Assembly (NCBI GenBank): GCA_965198365.1
Contig: OZ240617.1
Span: 10,102-74,101, forward strand
From: Candidatus Aldehydirespiratoraceae bacterium
Lineage (GTDB): Bacteria; Actinomycetota; Acidimicrobiia; Acidimicrobiales; Aldehydirespiratoraceae
Direction: 5' to 3'
Length of the DNA stretch: 64,000 bases
Below are positions 41,541 to 51,050 of this stretch, one piece after another. Position 1 is the stretch's first letter. Every line of letters begins with the position of its first letter. The notes under the pieces are model-generated. The model had not been told where the DNA came from. It saw nothing but the letters and a program-made list of their open reading frames with translations, and made no database searches. Both the position numbers and the translations under genes were made by a program.

Positions 41541-42506
41541 CTAATCGTCCAAAAGGGCTCGAGCGGTTGGCTCATCAGTGATCAATGAGGTGATCAGACC
41601 GCCGTTGAGCGCACCGCGGAGTGCATCGATCTTCAATGGCCCAGAGGCCGCAGCCACGCGCACGGGTATCTTCTTGAACTCTTCGAGCGACGGCCCGAGT
41701 ACCAGTGCCGTGCGTTCGGTTTCGATGGACTCCCCGTTGATGTCAAAGAACCGGGCGTTGATGTCGCCTACCGCCCCCATTCGGCGCAGAGCCTCCGCGT
41801 CGTCTTCGGTAAGGTCGGCCCGCAGAATGATCGAGCTTCGCGCCGCGATTCCGCCAACACCCACAAGAGCCAAATCGCTGTTTGCCGCTGTCTCAAAAGC
41901 CCGTTGCACGCTGGGATCTTGCTCAAGCAACCGCAGCATCTCTATCGAGCCGGTGAACACAGGAGCGGCGAGCGTATGCGAGCGGCCCCCATAGGCGGCT
42001 GCGAACACCGCGGCAATGTTGCTGGGCGTCGGCGGCGTGACCAAACCGGGATTGGTGCCCTGGAGCGGCACGAACGTTGTGGTGGGCATGAGCTCGGATG
42101 GCTTCACCGTGTGGGCGATAGCGGCCAATGTCTCCGACACGCCCACCGTCACCTGAGTGCCGGCCTCAATGACCTGCTGAACCGCCGCTGCGCCCACGGT
42201 GGCCATATTCTCCAAATCGGCTTGGTCCGCCTGACTCGGCGGGCCGATCCAGGCCTGGTCGAGGCCGAACCGCTCGCAAAGCACCCGCTCCTCTTCCACA
42301 AAGATCGGCTCGTCGCTAAAAACAGTGATATGGACGATGCCCTGCTCGCGGGCTTCTTGAAGCGCCCGCGTCACCTTCACCCGGTTCCAGCCAATCAAGT
42401 CGGCAATCTGCTGATGGGTGTAGTCGTACTCGTAGTACAGCTTCGCAATGCGCCCTAGCACGTCCTGATTTCTCCGACCCACCGCCGATTTGCACAGTAA
42501 TCCCAT
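41541..42506 (-). CDS. SorC/DeoR-type sugar-binding transcriptional regulator
   Basis: IAKLYY..THQQIA..RVKVTRAL.EARE.GIV, GAVGDI..RFFD..G, LITDE.TA. Confidence 0.92.
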   Translation of the reverse strand: MGLLCKSAVGRRNQDVLGRIAKLYYEYDYTHQQIADLIGWNRVKVTRALQEAREQGIVHITVFSDEPIFVEEERVLCERFGLDQAWIGPPSQADQADLENMATVGAAAVQQVIEAGTQVTVGVSETLAAIAHTVKPSELMPTTTFVPLQGTNPGLVTPPTPSNIAAVFAAAYGGRSHTLAAPVFTGSIEMLRLLEQDPSVQRAFETAANSDLALVGVGGIAARSSIILRADLTEDDAEALRRMGAVGDINARFFDINGESIETERTALVLGPSLEEFKKIPVRVAAASGPLKIDALRGALNGGLITSLITDEPTARALLDD

Positions 42507-42645
42507 TCAGGGAACACCGATACTATACCCGATGGCCCAGCCACTCAGCTTAATCGGTGAGATGGCTCGCGGTCCAGACGCGGCACGGCACCAACGTTAC
42601 GAAGCCATCCCCGAACCCACCAAACCAACAAGTCACCCACACCAA

Positions 42646-43947
42646 CTAACCCATTGGGCCCATCGCCGCGGACGTGGGCGAAGCAGGCACTTCGAGGCCT
42701 TCGTAGCTGGCTAGTTCGGAGCGTCCGACAACCATCCAGTGAACCTCGTCTGGGCCATCGGCGAGGCGTAGCGTGCGTTGGCTTTGATACATCCCGGCCA
42801 GTGGCGTCCATTGCGAGACGCCGGTTGCTCCGTGCATCTGAATGGCCTGGTCAATGATATTGCAGACCCTTTCGGGGACTAGGGCTTTAACTGCACTGAT
42901 CCACACTCTTGCTTCGGCGTTGCCGAGAGTGTCCATGGCTTTTGCCGCACGCAGCACCATCATCCGCATAGCCTCGATTTCGGTGCGGGCTCGGGCGATG
43001 ATCTCAGTGTTCCCTCCCAACCGGGCGAGCGGCTTCCCGAACGCTTCACGGGTGAGTCCGCGTCGACACATCAGATCAAGCGCCTTCTCGGCGGCGCCGA
43101 TGCCTCGCATGCAGTGGTGGATGCGGCCCGGGCCGAGACGGAGTTGTGAGATTTCGAATCCTCGGCCTTCGCCCCACAACATGTTGCTGGCGGGCACCCG
43201 CACATCGGTGAGGCGCAGATGCATGTGGCCATGGGGTGCATCGTCTTGGCCGAACACATGCATCGGGCCAAGAATTTCGAGACCTGGGGCGTCCATCGGC
43301 ACAAGGATCTGCGACTGGCGGCGGTGCGGCGGCCCGTCGGGGCTTGTCTGGCACATCAGGATCATGATTTTGCAGCGTGGATCTCCGGCGCCGGAGATGT
43401 AGTACTTCTCGCCGTTGATCAGGTATTCGTCGCCGTCGCGCAGTGCTTGGCAGCACACATTCTTGGCGTCGGAGGAAGCAACGCCTGGTTCGGTCATGCC
43501 GAAACAGGAGCGGATCTCGCCGTTTAGGAGGGGTTCGAGCCACTGCTGTTTCTGCTCAGGGGTGCCTACACGTTCGAGGACTTCCATGTTGCCGGTGTCG
43601 GGGGCGGAGCAGTTGAGTGATTCCGATCCGAGTGGGTATTTCCCCAGTTCAACGGCGAGATAGGCGTAGTCGAGGTTTGACAGGCCTTGACCTGTCTCGG
43701 GCAGGAAGAAGTTCCACAAACCCTTCGTCTTGGCCTGGTCTTTGGCACCCTCCAGCAGTTCAAGTTGACGTTCGGTGTAGCTCCAACGGTCGGATCGTCC
43801 TTCACCGGCTTCGAAGAACTCTGCTTGCATCGGATCAACGACCGTCTTGAGGAACTCAACAACTGCTTCGAAGAAGGGGCGGGACTTCTCAGACATCCGC
43901 AGATCAAAGTCGTCCATTGAGTTGGTTTTGAGTGCCCGTGATTCCAT
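42646..43947 (-). CDS. Acyl-CoA dehydrogenase
   Basis: NCSAPDTGNMEVL, MTEP.VASSDA, RLGPGRIHHCMR, LADGPDEVH; start may be 43917. Confidence 0.93.
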   Translation of the reverse strand: MESRALKTNSMDDFDLRMSEKSRPFFEAVVEFLKTVVDPMQAEFFEAGEGRSDRWSYTERQLELLEGAKDQAKTKGLWNFFLPETGQGLSNLDYAYLAVELGKYPLGSESLNCSAPDTGNMEVLERVGTPEQKQQWLEPLLNGEIRSCFGMTEPGVASSDAKNVCCQALRDGDEYLINGEKYYISGAGDPRCKIMILMCQTSPDGPPHRRQSQILVPMDAPGLEILGPMHVFGQDDAPHGHMHLRLTDVRVPASNMLWGEGRGFEISQLRLGPGRIHHCMRGIGAAEKALDLMCRRGLTREAFGKPLARLGGNTEIIARARTEIEAMRMMVLRAAKAMDTLGNAEARVWISAVKALVPERVCNIIDQAIQMHGATGVSQWTPLAGMYQSQRTLRLADGPDEVHWMVVGRSELASYEGLEVPASPTSAAMGPMG

Positions 43948-44039
43948 CGCTTGATCCTGCCACCGTCACCGTGGCGATGCCACGCCCAAGGCAAACCGGA
44001 GACCGTTGAAGCGAACCAAACCGGTATCCTCTCCCGCAC

Positions 44040-44113
44040 GGGGCTGTAGCTCAGTTGGCTAGAGCGCCTGCTTTGCAAGCAGGAGGTCGCGGGTTCGATT
44101 CCCGCCAGCTCCA
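44040..44113 (+). tRNA. tRNA-Ala (TGC)
   Basis: GGGGCTG/CAGCTCC acceptor stem, cctgc-tttgcaa-gcagg anticodon arm, GGTTCGATTCC T-loop; CCA not encoded. Confidence 0.97.
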
Positions 44114-44151
44114 CTCGCGCTCGGGGGTCCAGGTAGGCGTGCCACCGGGGC

Positions 44152-45207
44152 TCAGGGCTGCTTGACGGTCCTGGGGCCGCAGCGGGCCCTCATTCGCTCA
44201 CGCATTCGAGCGTTGGCCTCGGGGGTGCCGTCGTGGAAAGTTCCCGACAGCGTGTCCAACGGCACAGGCCGGTTGCCGTAGTTGCACTCGAAGAAGCGGT
44301 GGTGCAAGTGGTGAAAGTAATCGGCGCCCTTCATGCTGCGCCCCCCACGCCTGCCGATCTCAAACCGTTCGAACCCCGAGTGGGTGACCGCTGTAGCCAG
44401 GCTGTTCGACGACAGGGTCAGGATCAGGATGACCGGATGGGCCGGCACCACCCACCACAGCAGGAACATGCTGAGGTACATCATGTGTTCGACCGGATGC
44501 ATCGACAAGCCACTCCACGGTCCAGGGTTCACGTTGCGGTGATGGAGATAGTGGACCCGGTCATACACCCAGCGAATGTGCAACACCCGATGGATGCAGT
44601 AGAAGTGGGTGACCGACCACAGCGACGTCAACACGGTGAGCGCCGACAAGTACAGCCACCCCCACCCCGAACTCCACTCGACAGACGGAATCCAATCGTT
44701 GGCGTAGAACCACAAAGTGAGCGACTCGTAAACGGTCCAAACCACACAGCCGCTGGCCAGACACCAGAATATGTTGTCGCGGGTCTGGTCCCCCCACAGG
44801 AAATCAGGGTTGCTACTGAGCCAGCGAGTGTTGTACTTGTAGCGCTGCTGCTGCGCCCGCCTGCGGTACAGCACTATGTGCAACGTTCCCGCAAGCAGCG
44901 TGAACATCACCACGTTGCGGACGTAGATCTCCAGAACCCACCTCGGGTGAAGGGTCGCCATACGCTCCATCGACGGGGTGAAGAAGTTCCACACCACCAC
45001 CGCGATCCCCACCCAGATGAGGCCCTGTGGGAGCATCATCGAGGCGATATGACGCAGTGTTGCCACCGGCCGCGGTGGCCAGTCCAATATCGTCGACACT
45101 GTGATCGGCACATCGGGCACGTAGCCCTTGCCCTCCGAACCCCTGGCCGCTGAACCCTTGGCCGCCGAATTCGGCGATTTGCCGACAGTTGACTCCGTGT
45201 CCGTCAT
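44152..45207 (-). CDS. Sterol desaturase/fatty-acid hydroxylase family protein
   Basis: His boxes HFYCIHRVLH, HYLHH and HHLHH; PWSGLSMHPVE. Confidence 0.9.
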   Translation of the reverse strand: MTDTESTVGKSPNSAAKGSAARGSEGKGYVPDVPITVSTILDWPPRPVATLRHIASMMLPQGLIWVGIAVVVWNFFTPSMERMATLHPRWVLEIYVRNVVMFTLLAGTLHIVLYRRRAQQQRYKYNTRWLSSNPDFLWGDQTRDNIFWCLASGCVVWTVYESLTLWFYANDWIPSVEWSSGWGWLYLSALTVLTSLWSVTHFYCIHRVLHIRWVYDRVHYLHHRNVNPGPWSGLSMHPVEHMMYLSMFLLWWVVPAHPVILILTLSSNSLATAVTHSGFERFEIGRRGGRSMKGADYFHHLHHRFFECNYGNRPVPLDTLSGTFHDGTPEANARMRERMRARCGPRTVKQP

Positions 45208-45407
45208 CGGGCTACCACCTCCCAGTTCAGGTCGAATCATCGACTTCCGGTATGCACGACATGCTACAACTCCATGTCAACCCCCAGACGGGCCGATACT
45301 GCCTACGGTCAAATCCGGCCCACGGGCTCCGGCTATTGTGGCGAGAGTTCGTAGCGCTCTTCAGGGACCGCGCAGTAGCCTCGCCTCGCGCTCGGACAGG
45401 AGGAGCC

Positions 45408-47111
45408 ATGGTCAAACTCAGCGGTGGTGAAGCCCTTGCCAGGTCGCTCGTCACCGAGGGCGTCGAGGTCGTCTTCGGGATCCCGGGCATCCAGACGTAC
45501 GGGCTCGTCGCGGGCCTGCGCGACGAGCCGGGGATTCGCCTGATCTCAACCCGCCACGAGCAGGCCGCGACCTACATGGCCGATGGCTATGCGCGCGCCT
45601 CCGGGAAACCCGGCGTTGCGCTGGTGGTGCCTGGCGTCGGGCTCTACAACGCCGCCTCCGGCCTGGCCACGGCATACGCTCGCTCCTCGCCCGTGCTCCT
45701 CATCGTCGGTCAGGTGCCACGGGGCGCCATCGGCAAGAATGTCGGCGCGGTGCACGAGGTGCTGGACCAGGCCGACACGGTGCGCTCCGTGACGAAGTGG
45801 CAGCGGGCGGTGATGAGGCCTCGTGAGGTTCCCGCAGCCGTCACCGAGGCCTTCAGGCAGATGCGCAGCGGCCGCCCCCGCCCCGTGCTGATCGAGGCGC
45901 CGCCCGAAGTTGGCGTGGAACGGGAGGAGATGGAGCTCTGGGATCCGGCGCCCGTCTCGCCGATCGTGCCGAGCCCGGACCAACTGCGGGAGGCGTGCCG
46001 AGTCATCACCGGGGCGCGCCTGCCAATCATCTACGCGGGCGGCGGGGTAGCGCGATCGGACGCTGAGGACGCCCTCGTCAGGCTGGCCGAAGCGACGAAC
46101 ATCCCGGTTGTCACGTCAAGCGGCGGCAAGGGGACGATCCCGGACAGCCATCCGCTCTCGTACGGTTCCTGCTTCAGCCCCGGGGGGAGGGGGGGGGGGG
46201 GGGAGCGGCAGGAGATGAACCAGCTGTTCGATGTGATGCAGTCCGCCGACGTCGTGATCGGCATCGGCGCGCGCTTCTCACTCGGAAATCCGGCGGGCAA
46301 CGCCTCCACGCTGGTGAACATCAACGTAGACGACGGGGAGTTGATGCGGATTCAGTCCAACACGATCCCCCTGCACGGCGACGCCAAGACGACCATCGAA
46401 GCGATGCTCCCCTACCTCGACGAGGCCGGAGCCGGCCAACGCCCATCGCCTGTTGAGGCCGTCGAGGCGGCACGCAACCTGATCGCCTACTACGACATCA
46501 GGTTGAAGGAGCCGCAGTACGCGGTGCTGGAGGCGATCCAAGCCAGCATCCCCGAAGATGCATTCATCGTCTGGGACGTCACCCAGTTCGGCTACTACGC
46601 CCGCACGCACTACAAGGTGAACCACCCGAAGACCTACATCGACTCCGGCTATCAGTTCAACGTCGGCTACTCGTTCCCGACGGCGCTGGGGGTGAAGGTC
46701 GCCCAGCCCGACCGACCCGTGGTCTGCATGGTTGGGGACGGCGGTTTCCTGTTCAACGCGTCGGAACTCGCCACAGCCGTACAGCACGGTATCAACGTGA
46801 CCACCGTCGTCTTCCGCAACGACTCCTACGGCAACGTAGCACGCGATCTCGACTTGGAGTTCGGCGGTGCCTACGGAACCGACCTCCACAATCCCGACTT
46901 GGTCAAGTTCGCCGAGTCGTTCGGCGCCGTCGGAATGCGTGCGGACGATCCGATGGAGCTGTCAACGCTGCTTCCTGAGGCGCTCGAGTGCGACGCGCCT
47001 GTAATCATCGATGTGCCGTTCGGCGACATGCCGATCCCGCGCGCGCCGCAATTAGCGTCCGTCTATCACTTGCCCTGGACGCAGCCCCAGGATGGCCTGA
47101 TCGAGTCCTGA
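45408..47111 (+). CDS. ThDP-dependent enzyme (acetolactate-synthase-like family)
   Basis: FGIPG, RHEQAA..ADGYAR, GDGGF..N..YG; RBS aggagg before ATG 45408. Confidence 0.9.
   Translation: MVKLSGGEALARSLVTEGVEVVFGIPGIQTYGLVAGLRDEPGIRLISTRHEQAATYMADGYARASGKPGVALVVPGVGLYNAASGLATAYARSSPVLLIVGQVPRGAIGKNVGAVHEVLDQADTVRSVTKWQRAVMRPREVPAAVTEAFRQMRSGRPRPVLIEAPPEVGVEREEMELWDPAPVSPIVPSPDQLREACRVITGARLPIIYAGGGVARSDAEDALVRLAEATNIPVVTSSGGKGTIPDSHPLSYGSCFSPGGRGGGGERQEMNQLFDVMQSADVVIGIGARFSLGNPAGNASTLVNINVDDGELMRIQSNTIPLHGDAKTTIEAMLPYLDEAGAGQRPSPVEAVEAARNLIAYYDIRLKEPQYAVLEAIQASIPEDAFIVWDVTQFGYYARTHYKVNHPKTYIDSGYQFNVGYSFPTALGVKVAQPDRPVVCMVGDGGFLFNASELATAVQHGINVTTVVFRNDSYGNVARDLDLEFGGAYGTDLHNPDLVKFAESFGAVGMRADDPMELSTLLPEALECDAPVIIDVPFGDMPIPRAPQLASVYHLPWTQPQDGLIES
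46182..46203 (+). repeat. G6-A-G15 homopolymer tract inside a CDS
   Basis: gggggg a ggggggggggggggg, translated as GGRGGGGE. Confidence 0.9.
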
Positions 47112-47223
47112 GCGCGGGGAACGACCGCAACATGGTCGCCTGGGACTGTCAAATTCTTGGTGACGCAAACACGAGCGCTGGAGCATGGGCGCACAGTCGG
47201 GTGGCCGTTCGGTTGCATAGGCG

Positions 47224-47274
47224 GTATATCACCGTTCGGTTACAGAAGCTTCATGTAACTGAACGGTGATATAC
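47224..47274. promoter_or_regulatory. 21-bp inverted repeat, probable HipB operator
   Basis: gtatatcaccgttcggttaca-9 nt-tgtaactgaacggtgatatac (1 mismatch), 7 nt before the hipB ATG. Confidence 0.8.
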
Positions 47275-47281
47275 TGGTCGC

Positions 47282-47584
47282 ATGGGCTCACATGCCGATC
47301 CTGCGTTCAGTCACGCTCGTGTGCCGCTTGCTCGACCGCTTGAGGTCGGCCGCGCCATCCGAGCCATCCGCAATGAGCGCGATATGACTCAGGCCGAGCT
47401 CGCCGACGCTGCGCAAGTGTCGCGCAAGTGGCTCTCTGAGACCGAGAACGGAAAAGCCTCAGCTGAACTTGGCTTAGTGCTCGCGGTCCTCAACGCCTTG
47501 GACTGCGGCATGACGATCATCGAGCGGTCCCAACCCGAGTTCGACCTCGAAAACCACATCGAATCGTTTGCCCGAAGGGACTGA
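47282..47584 (+). CDS. hipB: HipB-like XRE HTH antitoxin
   Basis: IR..R..MTQAELADAAQVSRKWLSE.ENGK; directly upstream of hipA. Confidence 0.85.
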   Translation: MGSHADPAFSHARVPLARPLEVGRAIRAIRNERDMTQAELADAAQVSRKWLSETENGKASAELGLVLAVLNALDCGMTIIERSQPEFDLENHIESFARRD

Positions 47585-47586
47585 GA

Positions 47587-48897
47587 GTGCTGTGCGTACT
47601 GATCGGCGGCAAGCACGCCGGCGACATCGAGTTCCGCAAACGGAGGGCCACGCTTCGGTACCGGCCTGAGTACATCGGGGAATCCTCAGTGCCGTTGTCT
47701 GTCCGGTTCCCCGTGGCGGGGCGAGAGGCGAGCGGTCCCGAGCTGCGGAACTGGCTGCTGAACCTCTTGCCTGACGACGACGAGGTTCTGAATCAGCTGA
47801 GATTCGAGTACGGCGTTGCCGGTCGGGATCCGCTGCGGCTTCTCGAAACGCCGATGGGTACCGACTGCGCCGGAGCAGTGCAGTTCTGCCCGCCTGGACG
47901 CCTTGCCGACCTGCTGGCTTCAGGAGGCGGTGAGCAACCGGTCAGCCATGTTGAGATCTCCGAGTGGCTGCGTGACTATCCGGTGCTTCCTGCGAGCATG
48001 GACCTATCGCGCAGCGATCTTCACGTCGGGTTCAGTCTCGCGGGCATGCAACCGAAGATCGCATTACGGCGCGCTGCTGACGGAGGATGGATGCGGCCGT
48101 GGGGCAGACTGTCGACGACGCACATCATCAAAGCGGCCCGCGTCGAGTACCCCGACGAGTGCGTCTTCGAGCACCTCGCAATGGAAACAGCCGCTCGGCT
48201 GGGCATCCCCGCGGCGAGGACCGAAGTGTCCAAGATCGAGGGTCTCCAAATCATCATCGTCACCCGTTTCGACCGCATAGGCAACGGAACGATCCGCATT
48301 CATCAGGAAGACACATGCCAAGCCCTCGGCAAGCCCCCATCAGAGAAGTACGAGCGATTCAACGGACCTGGGATCGCTGAGCTGCGTGAACTCGCTTCAA
48401 ACGCCGGAAGTTCAACCGTGTCCCGCAACGTTGACCGGCTGAGAGACATGCTCATCTACCACTGGCTGATCGTCAGCAACGACGCACACGCGAAGAACTA
48501 CAGCTGGCTGTTCGCCCAGGACGGAAGTACACGGTTGGCACCGCTCTATGACGCGTGCAGTTGGCTTCCCTACCGAAGGAACCGCCAGATCCAGCGCATT
48601 CCGCTCGCGATGAGCATGGGCGAGGGATTCAACCTGAAGACCTGTGACAAGGAAGCTGGTCTCGTGGGCCTTGCACACAAGCTGCGACGCTCTCCCGCGG
48701 AGGTATGCGAGCGCGCCGCCGATCTGGCGAACGAACTGCCCGCCGCAGTCGACGCCACGATGAGCACGCTCCCTGAGATTGCCGGGAACCCGCAGACGCT
48801 TGAACGTCATGTCATCGAGCTTCATGAGCGAGCACGGCAGTGCGAGAGCCTGGCCACCCAAGTTAACGCTCGGACCGTGGGAGACCTTCGTTATTAA
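47587..48897 (+). CDS. hipA: HipA-family kinase toxin
   Basis: NLLPD, DCAGAV, SLAGMQPK, THIIK, RFDR, HQED.CQA, NDAHAKNYS, LAPLYD. Confidence 0.92.
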   Translation: MLCVLIGGKHAGDIEFRKRRATLRYRPEYIGESSVPLSVRFPVAGREASGPELRNWLLNLLPDDDEVLNQLRFEYGVAGRDPLRLLETPMGTDCAGAVQFCPPGRLADLLASGGGEQPVSHVEISEWLRDYPVLPASMDLSRSDLHVGFSLAGMQPKIALRRAADGGWMRPWGRLSTTHIIKAARVEYPDECVFEHLAMETAARLGIPAARTEVSKIEGLQIIIVTRFDRIGNGTIRIHQEDTCQALGKPPSEKYERFNGPGIAELRELASNAGSSTVSRNVDRLRDMLIYHWLIVSNDAHAKNYSWLFAQDGSTRLAPLYDACSWLPYRRNRQIQRIPLAMSMGEGFNLKTCDKEAGLVGLAHKLRRSPAEVCERAADLANELPAAVDATMSTLPEIAGNPQTLERHVIELHERARQCESLATQVNARTVGDLRY

Positions 48898-49021
48898 CGT
48901 GTGGGACTTATGTGCCTAATCATCGTCCTCATCGTCGGAATTCAGCCTTACGGCTAACCCCGAATTCTACACCCAGTGACAACCCAAGAAATGCCGTTCC
49001 TACCGTTCTCAGGTGGGGAGT

Positions 49022-50572
49022 TCAGCCTCCGGTGAGGCGGTCTAGGTACTCCTGGCGCAGGGGTTTCTTGTAGAGCTTGCCGGTCGGCAGCCTGGGGAGT
49101 TCGGCTCGGAAATCGATCACCCGGGGCACCTTGTAGTGGGCGATCTCGGCGCGTGCGAAAGACCGCAGTTCCTCAGCGAGTTCGTCGGACGGTTCCACAC
49201 CCGCCTCGGGCTGAACCACTGCATGCACGTACTCTCCCATCTCCGGATCGGGCAGACCGAACACGGCAACATCGGCGACCTTGGGATGCAGCGCGAAGCA
49301 CGCCTCTATCTCCTGTGGGTAGATGTTCACGCCGCCGCTGATGATCATGAAGGCCGAGCGATCTGTCAGATACAGGTAGCCGTCCTCGTCGAGGTATCCG
49401 ATATCACCGAGCTTCGACCAGTTCGGGTGGTCCGGATGTCGCGACTCGGCGGTCTTTTGCGGATCTCCGTGGTACTCGAACGCGGAAGTCTCCTGCTCGA
49501 AGTAGACCAACCCGACCTCCCCAATCGGCAATTCGTTCCCCTCGTCATCGCAGATGTGGGGAATGCCGAGCGCGGACTTCCCCACCGAACCCTTGTGCTC
49601 AAGCCATTCCTCGCTGGTGATGAAGCAGAACCCGTTGCCTTCGGTGCCCGCGTAGTACTCCTTGATGATCGGGCCCCACCACTCGATCATCTGCTCCTTC
49701 ACCGGAATCGGACACGGAGCGGCCGCGTGGACACACATTTTCAACGACGACAGGTCATAGGCCGTGCGCACGTCCTTGGGGAGCTTGAGCATGCGCACGA
49801 ACATGGTCGGCACAACCTGAGTGTCGCTGATCGAATAGCGTTCGACGCACTCGAGGAACTTCGCCGCATCGAACCTCTCCATCACAATGACCGTGCCACC
49901 GAGCTCGTGCATTCCTCCGCACCACTGCAGAGGCGCCGAGTGGTAGAGCGGCGCCGGCGAGAGGTAGAGCGAGTTCTCGTCCATCTCCAGCAGATAGCGC
50001 ATGAGCATGGTCAAACTCGAGCGTTCCGGATCGTTGATCTGCAGGCCGCTCAGCTCCCGTCGGATGCCCTTGGGTCGACCGGTCGTCCCCGAGGAGTAGA
50101 GCATCACATCTCCGGCCGGTTGGTCTGCGAGCGATTCGGTCGGCATCGCCGCAACGGCCTCTTCGTAGGAGTCGAAGCCGTCTGTGGTCCCGTCCATCAT
50201 CAGGCGTTTCTGACATTGCGGGATCAACTCAGCCATCCCGGCGGCGGTTTCAGCCATCGCCGCAGTCGTGACTAGCACGCTCGAGTTGCTGTCGTTCACG
50301 ATGTAGGCCGCTTCTTCAGGTGAGAGGAAACGGTTGATGGCGGTGATGTAGAGTCCCGAACGCAGCGCGGCCCAGTACACCTCGAAGTAGCGCGGGTTGT
50401 TCTCAGCCAGGATCGCTATGTGGTCACCCGACCGTAGCCCTTGGGCGAAAAGCCAATGGGCCAACCGGTTCGAGGCCTCGTCGAGTTGGCGGTAGCTGAC
50501 CGACTCACCGGACCCGGCCATGACGATCGCCGGTTGGTCGGGTGTCGTCGTTGCATAGTGGCCGGGGTACAT
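49022..50572 (-). CDS. Acyl-CoA synthetase (AMP-binding)
   Basis: YSSGTTGRPKG, EYYAGTE, GDIGYLD, SGGVNIYP, PTGK. Confidence 0.93.
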   Translation of the reverse strand: MYPGHYATTTPDQPAIVMAGSGESVSYRQLDEASNRLAHWLFAQGLRSGDHIAILAENNPRYFEVYWAALRSGLYITAINRFLSPEEAAYIVNDSNSSVLVTTAAMAETAAGMAELIPQCQKRLMMDGTTDGFDSYEEAVAAMPTESLADQPAGDVMLYSSGTTGRPKGIRRELSGLQINDPERSSLTMLMRYLLEMDENSLYLSPAPLYHSAPLQWCGGMHELGGTVIVMERFDAAKFLECVERYSISDTQVVPTMFVRMLKLPKDVRTAYDLSSLKMCVHAAAPCPIPVKEQMIEWWGPIIKEYYAGTEGNGFCFITSEEWLEHKGSVGKSALGIPHICDDEGNELPIGEVGLVYFEQETSAFEYHGDPQKTAESRHPDHPNWSKLGDIGYLDEDGYLYLTDRSAFMIISGGVNIYPQEIEACFALHPKVADVAVFGLPDPEMGEYVHAVVQPEAGVEPSDELAEELRSFARAEIAHYKVPRVIDFRAELPRLPTGKLYKKPLRQEYLDRLTGG

Positions 50573-50789
50573 GGGTCCTCAGTCAGGGTTGGGGCCGGCG
50601 TCCGACGGCAAATCACCGTGCGGCTCCAAGCTCAGTATGAAGGAGCCACCCCCCGCCCGCCAACTCTCTTCCGACCCCGCCCACAGCCGGGGTGCGCTGA
50701 CTCAGGTCCCGTTGACGCGACGTCCCCTTAGCGCTACGGTCCGAGTACTACCCCTGTCGCTTCATGCGTCGGGGGTTTTGTTTTGGCGG

Positions 50790-50840
50790 AGACTTACAAA
50801 GTCTAACAAAATTGACTGGCTAAGTCCATCAGAATGGACT
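50790..50840 (+). promoter_or_regulatory. hicAB promoter with two short palindromes
   Basis: agactt-aca-aagtct (50790-50804), TTGACT at 50812, agtcca-tcagaa-tggact (50823-50840). Confidence 0.55.
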
Positions 50841-50843
50841 ACT

Positions 50844-51050
50844 ATGAACAGGCGGAAACTCATCAAACGGATCCAAGAGATTGCCAGAGAAGAAGGCTTT
50901 GTGCTGACTTTCGTGCGCGAGGGAGGAAATCACGAGATCTGGTCAATCCGCAGCTACCGACTGGTTATCCCCCGCCATCGAAAGATCAATGAACACACCG
51001 CGCAAAGCATCATCAAAATGGTCAAGGAGGTGACTAGAGATGAACAGTGA
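50844..51050 (+). CDS. hicA: HicA-family toxin
   Basis: MNRRKLIK..REGGNHEIW..IPRH..I.E.TA..I. Confidence 0.88.
   Translation: MNRRKLIKRIQEIAREEGFVLTFVREGGNHEIWSIRSYRLVIPRHRKINEHTAQSIIKMVKEVTRDEQ

Noticed and set aside
43566-44114. 182-aa minus-strand ORF (and 61342-61527)
   Set aside because: Antisense translations of tRNA genes.
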